Source: Leptospira sp. (GTDB taxonomy: Bacteria > Spirochaetota > Leptospiria > Leptospirales > Leptospiraceae). Taken from it: a stretch of DNA of 64,000 nucleotides. The notes under the pieces are model-generated. The model had not been told where the DNA came from. It made no database searches and saw only the letters and a program-made list of their open reading frames with translations. This document shows positions 28,302-39,811 of the stretch, piece after piece; the first letter of the stretch is position 1; each line of letters begins with the position of its first letter. The position numbers were made by a program, and so were the translations under genes. The stretch spans positions 192,001-256,000 of the forward strand of contig JAWXAQ010000027.1 in assembly GCA_034439575.1 (NCBI GenBank). The letters are read 5' to 3'.

Positions 28302-29654
28302 TTAGATACCACTTAAGAGGGCTGGATTTTCTAAGAAGGCCCGAAGAGTTCTAAGAAACTCCGCACCGATCGCTCCATCGACGACTCTGTGATCACAAGA
28401 TAACATCAGAGACAACATTTTCCCCGCAACAACTTGGCCATTTTCCACAACGGGTTTTTCTTCTATGGCACCCACCGCGAGGATTGCACTTTCTGGCTCA
28501 TTGATAATCGCAGTAAAGCGACTAATGCCGTACATTCCCAGATTGGAAATCGTAAAGGTACCGTTTGTAAATTCTTCTGGCTTTAACTTTCTATCGCGAG
28601 CTTTCTTTGCCAAATCTTTCACTTCTGCTGAAATTTGTAAGATGCTCTTTTTATCTGTATTCCGAATTACGGGTGTAAGTAGGCCACCATCCAGTGAGAC
28701 TGCAATTCCCACATCCACTCGCCCATACTGAATGATAGAATCCTCAGCCCAACTTGCATTGACTTTCGGGTGGAGTCGCAAAGAAGATGCCACCGCTTTG
28801 ACAATGATATCATTGATACTAATTTTCGGGGCTGTTTCTGGCAGATTTTTTTCTCGGAAATCATTCAATTCTTTACGAAAGTTTTCTAGATTCTTCGCAT
28901 TGATATCTGCATTTAAATAAAAATGTGGTAAATTGAGTTTAGAATCTTTTAGGCGCTTAGCAATTGTTTTACGCATGCCGCCAAGGCTAATTTTTTCATC
29001 ATTCGGCACTTCACTATTAAATGAAGAACCATTTGTTTTACCCGCTTGTTTGGAACCAAGGGAATCAAGCACATCCTTTTTTGTAATACGGCCTTCTGGA
29101 CCCGTGCCAATAATGAGATGGAGATCTAAACCTTGTTCAATGGCGATTGATTTTGCTAGAGGGGATGCAAGGACCCTTAGGTTTCCTTTTGATTCTAAAC
29201 TAGGGGTTTCTCGTTTGTTTTCAGAATCTACACTTCTTGGTAAGGAGTTTGATTTAGTTTCTCGAATGGTCTGAGTTTCTACCACAGCCTGTGTCTTTGA
29301 TTCTATTGGGACTATTTCCACCTTTTCAGAGTTTGGTGCAATGGGCGCACTTGTCTCGGTCATGGATTTCGGGGCATTGGACATTGCATTTTTTAGGAGT
29401 TCTGTGATATCCTCACCCGGTTTTCCAATAATGGCAAGCGCCATGCCAACTTTGAGTTTGGCACCTTCGCCTTCTACGATTTTAAGTAAGACACCAGAAT
29501 CATAGGCCTCCATTTCCATAACGGCCTTATCTGTTTCTACTTCGGCAAGCACGTCACCCGCTTGTACTGCTTCGCCTTCTTTTTTGATCCATTTAACAAT
29601 GGTACCCTCTGTCATCGTTGGGGAAAGTTGGGTCATTTCGATTAATTTAGCCAT
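28302..29654 (-). CDS. pdhC: pyruvate dehydrogenase E2, dihydrolipoamide acetyltransferase
   Basis: lipoyl domain VETDKA, E3-binding ASPLA..GTGPEGRI, catalytic DHRVVDG. Confidence 0.93.
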   Translation of the reverse strand: MAKLIEMTQLSPTMTEGTIVKWIKKEGEAVQAGDVLAEVETDKAVMEMEAYDSGVLLKIVEGEGAKLKVGMALAIIGKPGEDITELLKNAMSNAPKSMTETSAPIAPNSEKVEIVPIESKTQAVVETQTIRETKSNSLPRSVDSENKRETPSLESKGNLRVLASPLAKSIAIEQGLDLHLIIGTGPEGRITKKDVLDSLGSKQAGKTNGSSFNSEVPNDEKISLGGMRKTIAKRLKDSKLNLPHFYLNADINAKNLENFRKELNDFREKNLPETAPKISINDIIVKAVASSLRLHPKVNASWAEDSIIQYGRVDVGIAVSLDGGLLTPVIRNTDKKSILQISAEVKDLAKKARDRKLKPEEFTNGTFTISNLGMYGISRFTAIINEPESAILAVGAIEEKPVVENGQVVAGKMLSLMLSCDHRVVDGAIGAEFLRTLRAFLENPALLSGI

Positions 29655-29663
29655 ATAAAATTC

Positions 29664-30638
29664 CTACTTTAACATCTCGCGGATTGCCGCACAAACTCGG
29701 TCCACATTGGGAAGAGTTTCTCTTTCTAAATTTGCCGCATACGACATGGGAACATCTCTTTGAGTTACCCTTTCCACTGGATGGTCCAAATAATCGAAGG
29801 CATTTTTTTGAATCAAATAGGCAATCTGAGCTCCAAATCCCGCCACAGGCCAACCTTCTTCAATCACCAAAACTTTGTTTGTTTTTTTTACGGATTCATA
29901 AATGATCGCTTCATCTAATGGGCGAAGGGTTCTTAGGTCCACAATCTCAACACTCACACCTTCTTTTTCCATTACTTTCGCCGCTTCTTCTGCGAATATT
30001 AAAGCACGAGACCAGGTAACAATCGTTAAGTCCGTTCCTTTTCTTTTGATTTCACCTTTGCCAAAAGGGATACTATATTCTTGATCGGGAACTTCGCCTT
30101 TGACTCCATATAACACTTCTGATTCGATAAAGATGGTTGGGTTATTGTCCCTGATGGATGTTTTGAGAAGCCCACAAGCATCCTTCGGTGTTGCGGGACA
30201 TACGACCTTCATACCAGGGACATGGGCATACCAAGATTCAAAGGCCTGCGAGTGTTGGGCACCAAGCCTTCCACCTACACCACCTGCACCACGAAATACG
30301 ATAGGCATAGGAAACTGGCCGCCACTCATATAATTTAGCTTAGCTGCTGAATTGATAATTTGATCAATGGCGACAAGAGAAAAATTCCAAGTCATAAATT
30401 CAATGATAGGCCTAAGTCCAGTCATGGCAGAACCAATGCCAACACCAGCAAATCCATTTTCAGAGATAGGTGTATCTATCACTCTATCTTCGCCAAATTT
30501 TTCGAGCATTCCTTGAGAAACCTTGTAAGCACCCTGGTAATGTCCTACCTCTTCCCCCATAAGATAGATTAGGGGGTCTTTTTCCATTTCTTCGACCATG
30601 GCTCGGTTTAAGGCTTCGCGGTAAGTGAGTATCGCCAT
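29664..30638 (-). CDS. pdhB: pyruvate dehydrogenase E1 beta
   Basis: DTPISE, FMTWNFS, GAQHSQ, DLRTLRPLD. Confidence 0.95.
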   Translation of the reverse strand: MAILTYREALNRAMVEEMEKDPLIYLMGEEVGHYQGAYKVSQGMLEKFGEDRVIDTPISENGFAGVGIGSAMTGLRPIIEFMTWNFSLVAIDQIINSAAKLNYMSGGQFPMPIVFRGAGGVGGRLGAQHSQAFESWYAHVPGMKVVCPATPKDACGLLKTSIRDNNPTIFIESEVLYGVKGEVPDQEYSIPFGKGEIKRKGTDLTIVTWSRALIFAEEAAKVMEKEGVSVEIVDLRTLRPLDEAIIYESVKKTNKVLVIEEGWPVAGFGAQIAYLIQKNAFDYLDHPVERVTQRDVPMSYAANLERETLPNVDRVCAAIREMLK

Positions 30639-31625
30639 TTATTTATCCTCCGCGTAAACACTTTGAAATAGTTGGGAGAGGGGAGGTTCTGGCGATTTTT
30701 CGGCAAATTCATAGGCTTCGTCCACTTGTTTTTGAATCGTTTCATCTAAAGAGTCTAATTCTTGTTCGCTGAGGCCAGCTGATACAAGTTCGGCTCTTGC
30801 TCGAAACATAGGATCTTTCTTTTTATAACTATCCAATTCTTCTTTGGTGCGATACTTGGCAGGGTCACTCATGGAATGGCCTCGAAACCTATAAGTTGAA
30901 ACTTCGATTAAAGTCGGACCTTCCCCGCGACGGGCACGGTCAACGGCTACCTTAACATGATCTCGTACCTTTCTCACTTCATCCCCTTCAATATGGTCAC
31001 GGGCTATATCATAAGCCGTAGCTCGAATGGATACATCTTTGACAGCTAATGCACGATACTCGGGTGTTCCCATCGCATAATGATTGTTTTCACAGATAAA
31101 AACCACTGGAAGTTTCCAAATCGCCGCTAGATTTAAACCTTCGTGAAAAGAACCGATGTTTGCCGCTCCCTCCCCGAAAAAACAAATAGTGACCGAATTG
31201 TCCTTTTTGTATTTAGATGCAAAGGCGATTCCTGCCGCCAAAGAAATATGACCCCCAACGATTCCATGACCGCCCATAAAATGAGCATTTTTATCAAAAA
31301 AGTGCATAGAACCCCCATTGCCTTTAGAAATTCCTGTGGCTTTTCCGAATAATTCCGCCATTAATGCATTGGGAGAAAGACCTCTAGCGATCGCATGACC
31401 ATGGTCACGGTAAGTGGAAACAATATAGTCTTCTGGTGTTAGGCTTGCGATGGCTCCGACGCCAACCGCTTCCTGGCCAATGTATAAATGCAAAAATCCA
31501 CCAATTTTTCCAACGCTATATGCTTTTGCGGCGGCTTCCTCAAATTTTCGTATGAGAACCATTTGTCTGTAAAACTCTTTTAACTCGGCAATCGACTTTT
31601 GATCTTTCGGTATAGAAGAAACCAA
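30639..31625 (-). CDS. pdhA: pyruvate dehydrogenase E1 alpha
   Basis: GFLHLYIGQEA, YRDH, GGSMH, GEGA..ENNHY ThDP motif, YRFRGHSMSDP; TTG 31625 follows GGAGG. Confidence 0.95.
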   Translation of the reverse strand: MVSSIPKDQKSIAELKEFYRQMVLIRKFEEAAAKAYSVGKIGGFLHLYIGQEAVGVGAIASLTPEDYIVSTYRDHGHAIARGLSPNALMAELFGKATGISKGNGGSMHFFDKNAHFMGGHGIVGGHISLAAGIAFASKYKKDNSVTICFFGEGAANIGSFHEGLNLAAIWKLPVVFICENNHYAMGTPEYRALAVKDVSIRATAYDIARDHIEGDEVRKVRDHVKVAVDRARRGEGPTLIEVSTYRFRGHSMSDPAKYRTKEELDSYKKKDPMFRARAELVSAGLSEQELDSLDETIQKQVDEAYEFAEKSPEPPLSQLFQSVYAEDK

Positions 31626-31733
31626 TTGAACCTCCAAAAACCAACAAAAACTACCACATTTAGACGAGAATAGAAAGCAAAAATCTTGCGATCTCATCTC
31701 GTATTCAAGAAACTTCCAATATAGCTATATTTC

Positions 31734-33011
31734 ATGAAAATTACAAGTAACGGCATAGAATTCCAAGATTTCCCCGAGTTTAGGCGATTCGTTCTAGAAT
31801 ATGAATTGTTAGGTTCTGTTTCTTTGAGTGAACCAATAGTAGACAAGAGTGGCAATGTTTTGTTAAAAGAGAAAGTTGCCATCAAAGAAAATTTAATCAA
31901 AAAACTAGAAGAGATGGACGGTAAGTTTATCCCTTCTTTTAAACTGGCTATGTCAAAAGATTTGATGCGAATGCTTAAGATGGTACTTGCGAAAGCAGTC
32001 CTCAATCGCATCGAAGATAAAACGAATTTGTTTATCAAACATCTCTATGAAAGTAACCCAGAGAAGATGGCGAGTCTAAAAGGTATCGTTCAAAATTCAT
32101 TTTATACAAAGTCATTGGCCTTAGCTTTTTTTCGTCTCCTTGTGAATGAAAAAGAATTTTTTATTCATCTTGCAGATATGGGTTTACTCGCATTAGGTGC
32201 AACAATTCAAAAACGATATCATTTTAAAATGGTAAATCGATATTCATTTTTGGCAGGACTCTGTGCAGATATCTCTACTTCAAAAGATGGTATTTATAAA
32301 AAAACATTAGTCGGTCCTGTATTAACCACAACCACTGCACTTTCTATGGAAATTACTCGTAAGTTTGCTCTTCCAGAAGAGATCATGGCGGCAATCAATG
32401 GGCATCCTGTCAGTAATTTTGAAATTCCTAATAGTGATCCACCAGAAGTGACTGCGGATGAATTGCGAAAAAACCAAATCAACCAAGAACTGTTAGCTGG
32501 CACGCCCATGGAAGATGAGTCTACAGATGTAGAAGATGAATCCGAAGAATATGCAGAAGAGACAGCAGGTGTTGTCCTTGCTTCTTTAAAGATCGCTAGG
32601 TTTATCAAAGAAAATTTAAAAGTCAGCGTTGATAAAGAACACATATCCGAAAAGTTACTTGTTATGTTTACGTATAACTCAGAGAAGGGGGTATTTCGTA
32701 AAGACATAGCAGACCCTATGCTGAATCGGTTTACTGAGTTTGATCAAGCAATAAAGAAGATTAGAGTTATTGCCGAAATTGAAAACAAATGTAAGTTTCC
32801 GCCTTCCGCTTGGGCTTACCCGAAACCGAAGTCGGCACAAGTTCTTTGCAAAGATAAAAATTACCATTGTCCACTCATTGTCAATGGATGGGATTTGAAG
32901 ATCATTTCGGCACAAGATCCCTATGGATTTATAGGCACGACACTGGACGTAGGAACCTATCCTAAGTGTGCATTGGAAGAAGAATTACACGAGAAAGTAA
33001 AACTAGATTAG
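31734..33011 (+). CDS. hypothetical protein (425 aa) with an acidic linker and Cys-containing C-terminus
   Basis: long ORF divergent from pdhA; no confident family assignment. Confidence 0.75.
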   Translation: MKITSNGIEFQDFPEFRRFVLEYELLGSVSLSEPIVDKSGNVLLKEKVAIKENLIKKLEEMDGKFIPSFKLAMSKDLMRMLKMVLAKAVLNRIEDKTNLFIKHLYESNPEKMASLKGIVQNSFYTKSLALAFFRLLVNEKEFFIHLADMGLLALGATIQKRYHFKMVNRYSFLAGLCADISTSKDGIYKKTLVGPVLTTTTALSMEITRKFALPEEIMAAINGHPVSNFEIPNSDPPEVTADELRKNQINQELLAGTPMEDESTDVEDESEEYAEETAGVVLASLKIARFIKENLKVSVDKEHISEKLLVMFTYNSEKGVFRKDIADPMLNRFTEFDQAIKKIRVIAEIENKCKFPPSAWAYPKPKSAQVLCKDKNYHCPLIVNGWDLKIISAQDPYGFIGTTLDVGTYPKCALEEELHEKVKLD

Positions 33012-33018
33012 AACAAGG

Positions 33019-33045
33019 AGAACCAATCCAAATAGGATTGGTTCT
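33019..33045. terminator. bidirectional terminator-like hairpin
   Basis: AGAACCAATCC-AAATA-GGATTGGTTCT perfect 11-bp stem between convergent genes. Confidence 0.75.
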
Positions 33046-33058
33046 GTAATCGGTGAGA

Positions 33059-33307
33059 TTAAGGAAGTTTTGTTTTCATGGCATCTGTAGCAGCTTTTGT
33101 GCCTTCAGTCGTTGCCTTTTTAACTTCAGCTTCCGCAGCTTTTTTAGCTTCTGCAGCTTTTTTTTCTGCTTCAGACATTACTTTGTTTGCTGCATCTTCT
33201 ACAACAGTTTCCATTTTTTCTTCCGCAGCAGGCTCTTCTTTTTTGCAAAATACAAGTCCAGAAGCAAGTGTAAGTCCTAAAGCTAAAATTAGAAGTTTTT
33301 TAGTCAT
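33059..33307 (-). CDS. small Ala/Lys/Glu-rich lipoprotein
   Basis: MTKK + hydrophobic core + LVF-C; AAGGAG RBS; helical EAKKAA repeats. Confidence 0.75.
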   Translation of the reverse strand: MTKKLLILALGLTLASGLVFCKKEEPAAEEKMETVVEDAANKVMSEAEKKAAEAKKAAEAEVKKATTEGTKAATDAMKTKLP

Positions 33308-33390
33308 AATTGAAATCTCCTTCGTTATTACGAATGGACAAATTCTAATTTTGAATCTTTATGAGGGAAGAAATAAATTTAAAAACTCAT

Positions 33391-34425
33391 CTAAATCTTT
33401 TTAATAAAGGTCAAAAATTCTTCCACTTCACGTTTGCTTCCAATGATTAAGGTCGTTCTTTCGTGTAATGTTTTTGGATCTAGGTCTAGAACTCTTTCCC
33501 CTTTGACAGTCACAGCCATTCCACCAGCTTTTTCCGCCAAATAGGCCATTGGTGCCGCTTCATACAGTAGGCGAAGTTTTCCATTTGGATATTTCGAAGA
33601 CTTTGTATCGTTTGGATAAAGGAAAATCCCACCTTTTAAAAGGTTTCTATGGAAATCCGCTACGAGTGAGCCAATGTATCTTGCCGTTTTAGGTTTTTTC
33701 CCGTTTTCTATGGATTTGATATGCGAAATATAAGATTTAACTTCCTCGCTCCAATAACTTGCGTTACCTTCATTGACAGAATATATATCTCCTTTTTCTG
33801 GCATGACCATTTCTTCATGTGATAAAAGAAACTCTCCAAGGCTTGGATCCAAAGTAAATCCAACGACAGATTTTCCTGTGGAAATCACAAGCATAGTGGA
33901 TGATCCATAGATTATGTATCCTGCGCATCTTTGCAAAGATCCTTTTTGCAATAGGTCTTTCTCAGTTCCTTGTGCCTTTGAATTGATATCTAGTCTTTGG
34001 TGGATAGAAAAAATGGTACCGATAGAAACATTGGTATCTATATTAGAAGATCCGTCCAAAGGATCAATGGCCATCGTGTATTTGCCGACAGCATAACCAT
34101 TAGGAATGGGGATAATTTCTTCATGTTCTTCACTGGCAAGCACGCATAAGTGCCCACAAATCTTGAGAGAATGGTTGAAGGCATTGTCCGCATACTGGTC
34201 CAATTTCATTTGCGTTTCGCCTTGGACATTTGTATCTTCGGTGGACCCTAAAATATCATGAAGTAAACCTGCTTTTCTAACTTCTCTCGCAACGATTTTT
34301 GCGGCATAGACTAGATGATTGAGTAGGGCGGAAAATTCGCCAGAGGCATGTGGGATTTTGAGTTGCTCTTCTATGATGAATTGAGAAAGAGAGATCTGCT
34401 TCTTCTGTTTTGGAATTGAATTCAC
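33391..34425 (-). CDS. fbp: fructose-1,6-bisphosphatase class I
   Basis: NVQGETQMKLD, SEE, DPLDGSSN, RYIGSLVADFHR, GKLRLLYE. Confidence 0.96.
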   Translation of the reverse strand: MNSIPKQKKQISLSQFIIEEQLKIPHASGEFSALLNHLVYAAKIVAREVRKAGLLHDILGSTEDTNVQGETQMKLDQYADNAFNHSLKICGHLCVLASEEHEEIIPIPNGYAVGKYTMAIDPLDGSSNIDTNVSIGTIFSIHQRLDINSKAQGTEKDLLQKGSLQRCAGYIIYGSSTMLVISTGKSVVGFTLDPSLGEFLLSHEEMVMPEKGDIYSVNEGNASYWSEEVKSYISHIKSIENGKKPKTARYIGSLVADFHRNLLKGGIFLYPNDTKSSKYPNGKLRLLYEAAPMAYLAEKAGGMAVTVKGERVLDLDPKTLHERTTLIIGSKREVEEFLTFIKKI

Positions 34426-34528
34426 GGTTTTGCCTTAGTTTTTTCTTCATTTTGAAGGCTAGACCAGGGTGGCAATCCTTTCTCCTATTCTTCGGTGAAC
34501 CAGTTTCCGACAATAAAGTGAGACCCTT

Positions 34529-35350
34529 ATGGAATCGACTATCAATTACCACGTTAGCCCCGAGCTCAATCTAGCTGAATACCATATTCGAAAAATCACG
34601 CAGGCATTTTACGGATTGGGTGCCGTATATGGATTTCTTTTTATCGAAAACGAAAATGTATTCCGTTTAGGCAAATCTCCAAGAGAAGCCAATTTTTTAA
34701 ACCAAATCCAAAACAATTATGATGCTTTAAAAAAATCAGCGAAAGACCTTCATCCAGTAAAAATTTCCAATTGGGCGGAAGAAGGCCAAAATCTGCAAGC
34801 AGTGCTTGTTCGCCTTCCCCATAGAGAATTATTTGTTTTTGCTATTATCATTCACAATGCGGGGGAAGAATTTCCTAAAAATCGATGGTCCTTTCTTGCA
34901 AATTCGACAATGACCTACCTTTCGGTTGGGATTTCCTCCCGCGCCAAAACTTTGTTGAGTTTTCGTAGCTTTACGGAAGTTTTCCGAAGGAAAGTCTGTG
35001 ATTCTCTCACAGAATTTGACTCTGGGGTCCTAGTTTTGTTCTATTTGCAGGACCTTTCTCCCTTTTTCAAACCACTTGGCATAGTCAAAAGCCAAGAAAT
35101 ACTCAGGGAAGTCGCATCTACTTTGCAGGCGGCCATAAAACCGGGAGAGTTATTTTTCCAATTGAATGTACGTTCTTTTTACCTTTTTAGCCCCGGTGAA
35201 ATCGTTGCGAATTTGAACGAAAGAATGGAAGGTCTCTATTTTCCTTCCAAACACTTGATTTTGGACTATAAATTGAAATTATATTTGGTTTCTAAGGTTG
35301 TTGCCGAAGATCCGAACCAATTTTCTGATCTTTTCATGGAAAATTTGTAA
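34529..35350 (+). CDS. hypothetical protein with a degenerate GGDEF-like C-terminal domain
   Basis: LVLFYLQDL..LG...QEILREVASTL..IKPGELFFQLNVRSF follows the GGDEF-domain pattern without the catalytic residues. Confidence 0.6.
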   Translation: MESTINYHVSPELNLAEYHIRKITQAFYGLGAVYGFLFIENENVFRLGKSPREANFLNQIQNNYDALKKSAKDLHPVKISNWAEEGQNLQAVLVRLPHRELFVFAIIIHNAGEEFPKNRWSFLANSTMTYLSVGISSRAKTLLSFRSFTEVFRRKVCDSLTEFDSGVLVLFYLQDLSPFFKPLGIVKSQEILREVASTLQAAIKPGELFFQLNVRSFYLFSPGEIVANLNERMEGLYFPSKHLILDYKLKLYLVSKVVAEDPNQFSDLFMENL

Positions 35351-35367
35351 AATCATAATTGGCGGAA

Positions 35368-35397
35368 TTGACAGCAAGGGCTCTCTCAGATTATTGT
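35368..35397 (+). promoter_or_regulatory. putative sigma70 promoter of the rpsU-dnaG-rpoD operon
   Basis: TTGACA-18 nt-TATTGT upstream of rpsU. Confidence 0.45.
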
Positions 35398-35429
35398 AAA
35401 ATTTACACTATTTACAAGAGGACAGTTAT

Positions 35430-35654
35430 TTGTCTATGACCCCACAAGTAGGGATTTATTTAAAAGAAGGGGAATCGATCGAGGCAGCGCTTCGTAGATT
35501 CAAAAGAGATTGTGCTAACGCAGGTATCATGAGCGAAATCAAACGTAGAGAATACTTTGAGAAGCCAAGCGTAGTCAAGAAAAAAGCTGTGGAAGCTGCC
35601 AAAAGAAAAAGAGACAAAAAGAAGAGATTGTTTGCTAAAAAAGACAAACTCTAA
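35430..35654 (+). CDS. rpsU: 30S ribosomal protein S21
   Basis: ESIEAALRRFKR, REYFEKPS; start may be ATG 35436. Confidence 0.95.
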   Translation: MSMTPQVGIYLKEGESIEAALRRFKRDCANAGIMSEIKRREYFEKPSVVKKKAVEAAKRKRDKKKRLFAKKDKL

Positions 35655-35675
35655 AATTCTCTCTGAATTTCTCTG

Positions 35676-36131
35676 ATGACACTCCAAGAGACCATCAATT
35701 CTGATCTGAAACAAGCTCTTAAATCGAAAGATGAGCTTGTCTTGGGAACCTTACGTCTGATCAAAGCCGACATTCAGTATGAACTTACAAAAACGGGTGC
35801 TTCGGAACTAACGGATGTAAATGTTATGCAGATATTGAAATCAAATTTCAAAAAAAGAAAGGATACTGCGATTGAGTATGAAAAAGCCAATCGTGTTGAC
35901 CTTGCTTCCAAAGAACGCGATGAAGCAGATGTGATTTCTCGTTACATTCCCGCAGAAATTTCCGAATCAGAAATTCAAAATGCAGTGACAAATGCCATCC
36001 AGGAGATGGGGGCGAAGAGTCCAGCTGACATGGGTAAAGTTATGGGCAAAGTGATGGCTGTATTTAAAGGACAGAATATCGACGGCTCAAAGGTTTCTCT
36101 AATCGTAAAACAATCATTATCCGCGAATTAA
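35676..36131 (+). CDS. GatB/YqeY domain protein
   Basis: DLKQALKSKD, RVDLASKE, DMGKVMG; typical rpsU-yqeY-dnaG context. Confidence 0.9.
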   Translation: MTLQETINSDLKQALKSKDELVLGTLRLIKADIQYELTKTGASELTDVNVMQILKSNFKKRKDTAIEYEKANRVDLASKERDEADVISRYIPAEISESEIQNAVTNAIQEMGAKSPADMGKVMGKVMAVFKGQNIDGSKVSLIVKQSLSAN

Positions 36132-36140
36132 TAAAAGCCT

Positions 36141-37961
36141 GTGAATCCCTATCAGAATTTCAAAGAAAGAGTTCGCAGGGAAGTCTCTATAGACTCCTAT
36201 ATTGGACGATTTGTTCCTCTTCGTAGGGCGGGTCGTAGCCTAACGGGTCTTTGCCCTTTCCATAATGAAAAAACTCCCTCGTTTTCCGTAAATCCAGAAT
36301 CCGGTTTTTATCATTGTTTTGGCTGTAAGGCAAGCGGTGATATTTTTCGATTTGTTATGGACCATCAAAAAGTTGATTTTCTAAAATCACTTGAGATACT
36401 TTCCGAATATTCAGGCATTCCCTTATTAGAAAGAACTAAAGCGGAAGAAGAAGAAGATCGTAAAAAAGAATTTTTATATCAAATATCAGAAAGAGCAAAA
36501 AATTACTTTCAAAAAAATTTCCAAACCACTGCTGGAGAACAAGCCTTAAAATATCTCGAAGAACGAGGCTTATACGAAGAAGATATTAAGATTTTTGGCA
36601 TTGGCTTTGCTTTGCCAGGATTTTCTAATATTTTAAGAGATCTTTTTCGAAGTGAAGTGGAAGCTAAGTTAGGTGAATCGCTTGGCCTACTAAAAAGACA
36701 AGATGCCAATAAAGATCCATATGATTTTTTTAGAAACCGCATCATGTTTCCTGTCATTGATCCAAAAGGGCGTACCATAGCATTTTCTGGAAGGATTATC
36801 GGAAATTCGGAAGAAGCAAAATATATCAATAGTCCCAATTCCGCAATCTACGACAAAAGTAGAAGTTTTTATAATCTCAATTTAGCACAAGACATGGTGC
36901 GTAAGTCCCGTGAGGCAATTGTCGTAGAAGGTGTGTTTGATGCCGTGGGACTATTTCGAAAAGGAATAGAAGCCGTTGTCGCACCACTTGGCACAGGCTT
37001 TACCGAAAACCATGCACGGATCTTAAAAAATATGGCTGATAAAGTCATACTTATGATGGATTCCGATTCGGCTGGTGCAAAAGGTGCCTTTCGCGCGGTC
37101 ACTTTTTTAAATAAGGAAGGAGTCGATGTACGTGTTGCCTCAGTTCCTGAAGGAAAAGATCCCTTCGATTTTTCTAGAAATCATAATAAATTAGAAATTC
37201 GTGAACTTTTAGAATCGGCAGGTTCCGCATCACAGTTTATGATCTCACAAATTCTTGCCGGCACAACTTCTAGTTCTGTTCCAGAAGCAAAACAGGCAAG
37301 TGTGCGTCGGCTCATGGAATTTGTAAAGACCATGGAAAAGGAAACGGACAAACAAGTTTACCTCCAAGAAGGCGCAAAACAGCTCGGAATTTCATTTTCT
37401 GCAATTTTTCAGGACTTTGCAGGGCCTGGACAGAAAAGTTCCACCCCCCTAAGTGTCGATACTAAGAAGACAAATAGAAACATGCCCGCTCTGCGTGTGA
37501 GCTCCATTCAAGTTTGTGAAAGAAAGATGATAGCCAAACTCATACAAAACCAAGAACATTTTGAGTTCTCTGACGAGATTCTAAATCTTGAATTTAAAGA
37601 TGAGACATCTAGTTTTTTGTGGGATTATATTTACACGAAGTACCTTCAAAATGAACCTATTTCAGCAGCTGAGATTTTATCCAAAGAAGATATTCCACAA
37701 GAATTTTTGGGACTTATCGCAGAACACTTTGATACGGAAGAAACAGAAAATCAGAACAACAAACAGTTGTTTAGAGAATTGTTATTAAATCATAGAAGAT
37801 TTCATTATGATAATCAAATGAATGAACTAATGGCAAAGATGAGCGAAACATCCTTAACACTAGAACAAAAGAGAGATATTCTCTCTGAATTTACGTTTTT
37901 AAAGAACGAACGAGATAAGATTTCGGAGTATCTAAGAAAACTCCAACCGCAAGAAGTTTGA
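36141..37961 (+). CDS. dnaG: DNA primase
   Basis: CPFHNEKTPSF..CFGC zinc finger, FRNRIMFP, KYINSP, TOPRIM VEGVFD / DSDSAG. Confidence 0.96.
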   Translation: MNPYQNFKERVRREVSIDSYIGRFVPLRRAGRSLTGLCPFHNEKTPSFSVNPESGFYHCFGCKASGDIFRFVMDHQKVDFLKSLEILSEYSGIPLLERTKAEEEEDRKKEFLYQISERAKNYFQKNFQTTAGEQALKYLEERGLYEEDIKIFGIGFALPGFSNILRDLFRSEVEAKLGESLGLLKRQDANKDPYDFFRNRIMFPVIDPKGRTIAFSGRIIGNSEEAKYINSPNSAIYDKSRSFYNLNLAQDMVRKSREAIVVEGVFDAVGLFRKGIEAVVAPLGTGFTENHARILKNMADKVILMMDSDSAGAKGAFRAVTFLNKEGVDVRVASVPEGKDPFDFSRNHNKLEIRELLESAGSASQFMISQILAGTTSSSVPEAKQASVRRLMEFVKTMEKETDKQVYLQEGAKQLGISFSAIFQDFAGPGQKSSTPLSVDTKKTNRNMPALRVSSIQVCERKMIAKLIQNQEHFEFSDEILNLEFKDETSSFLWDYIYTKYLQNEPISAAEILSKEDIPQEFLGLIAEHFDTEETENQNNKQLFRELLLNHRRFHYDNQMNELMAKMSETSLTLEQKRDILSEFTFLKNERDKISEYLRKLQPQEV

Positions 37962-37979
37962 TAGAGGAACTATAGAATC

Positions 37980-39746
<1,767 letters not shown>

Positions 39747-39769
39747 AATTTTCGCTTGCCCATGTTCAT

Positions 39770-39807
39770 AGAAGTCCTATTTTCAAATTAAATAGAATAG
39801 GACTTCT
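39770..39807 (+). terminator. terminator-like hairpin after rpoD
   Basis: AGAAGTCCTATT...AATAGGACTTCT 12-bp arms. Confidence 0.7.
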
Positions 39808-39811
39808 TTGA

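Noticed and set aside
31626-31697. N-terminal extension of PdhA in the ORF track
   Set aside because: non-homologous Phe/Cys-rich text; GGAGG precedes the in-frame TTG at 31625
33053-33404. two + strand ORFs overlapping the small lipoprotein gene
   Set aside because: low-complexity antisense translations; the minus-strand ORF has the RBS and lipobox
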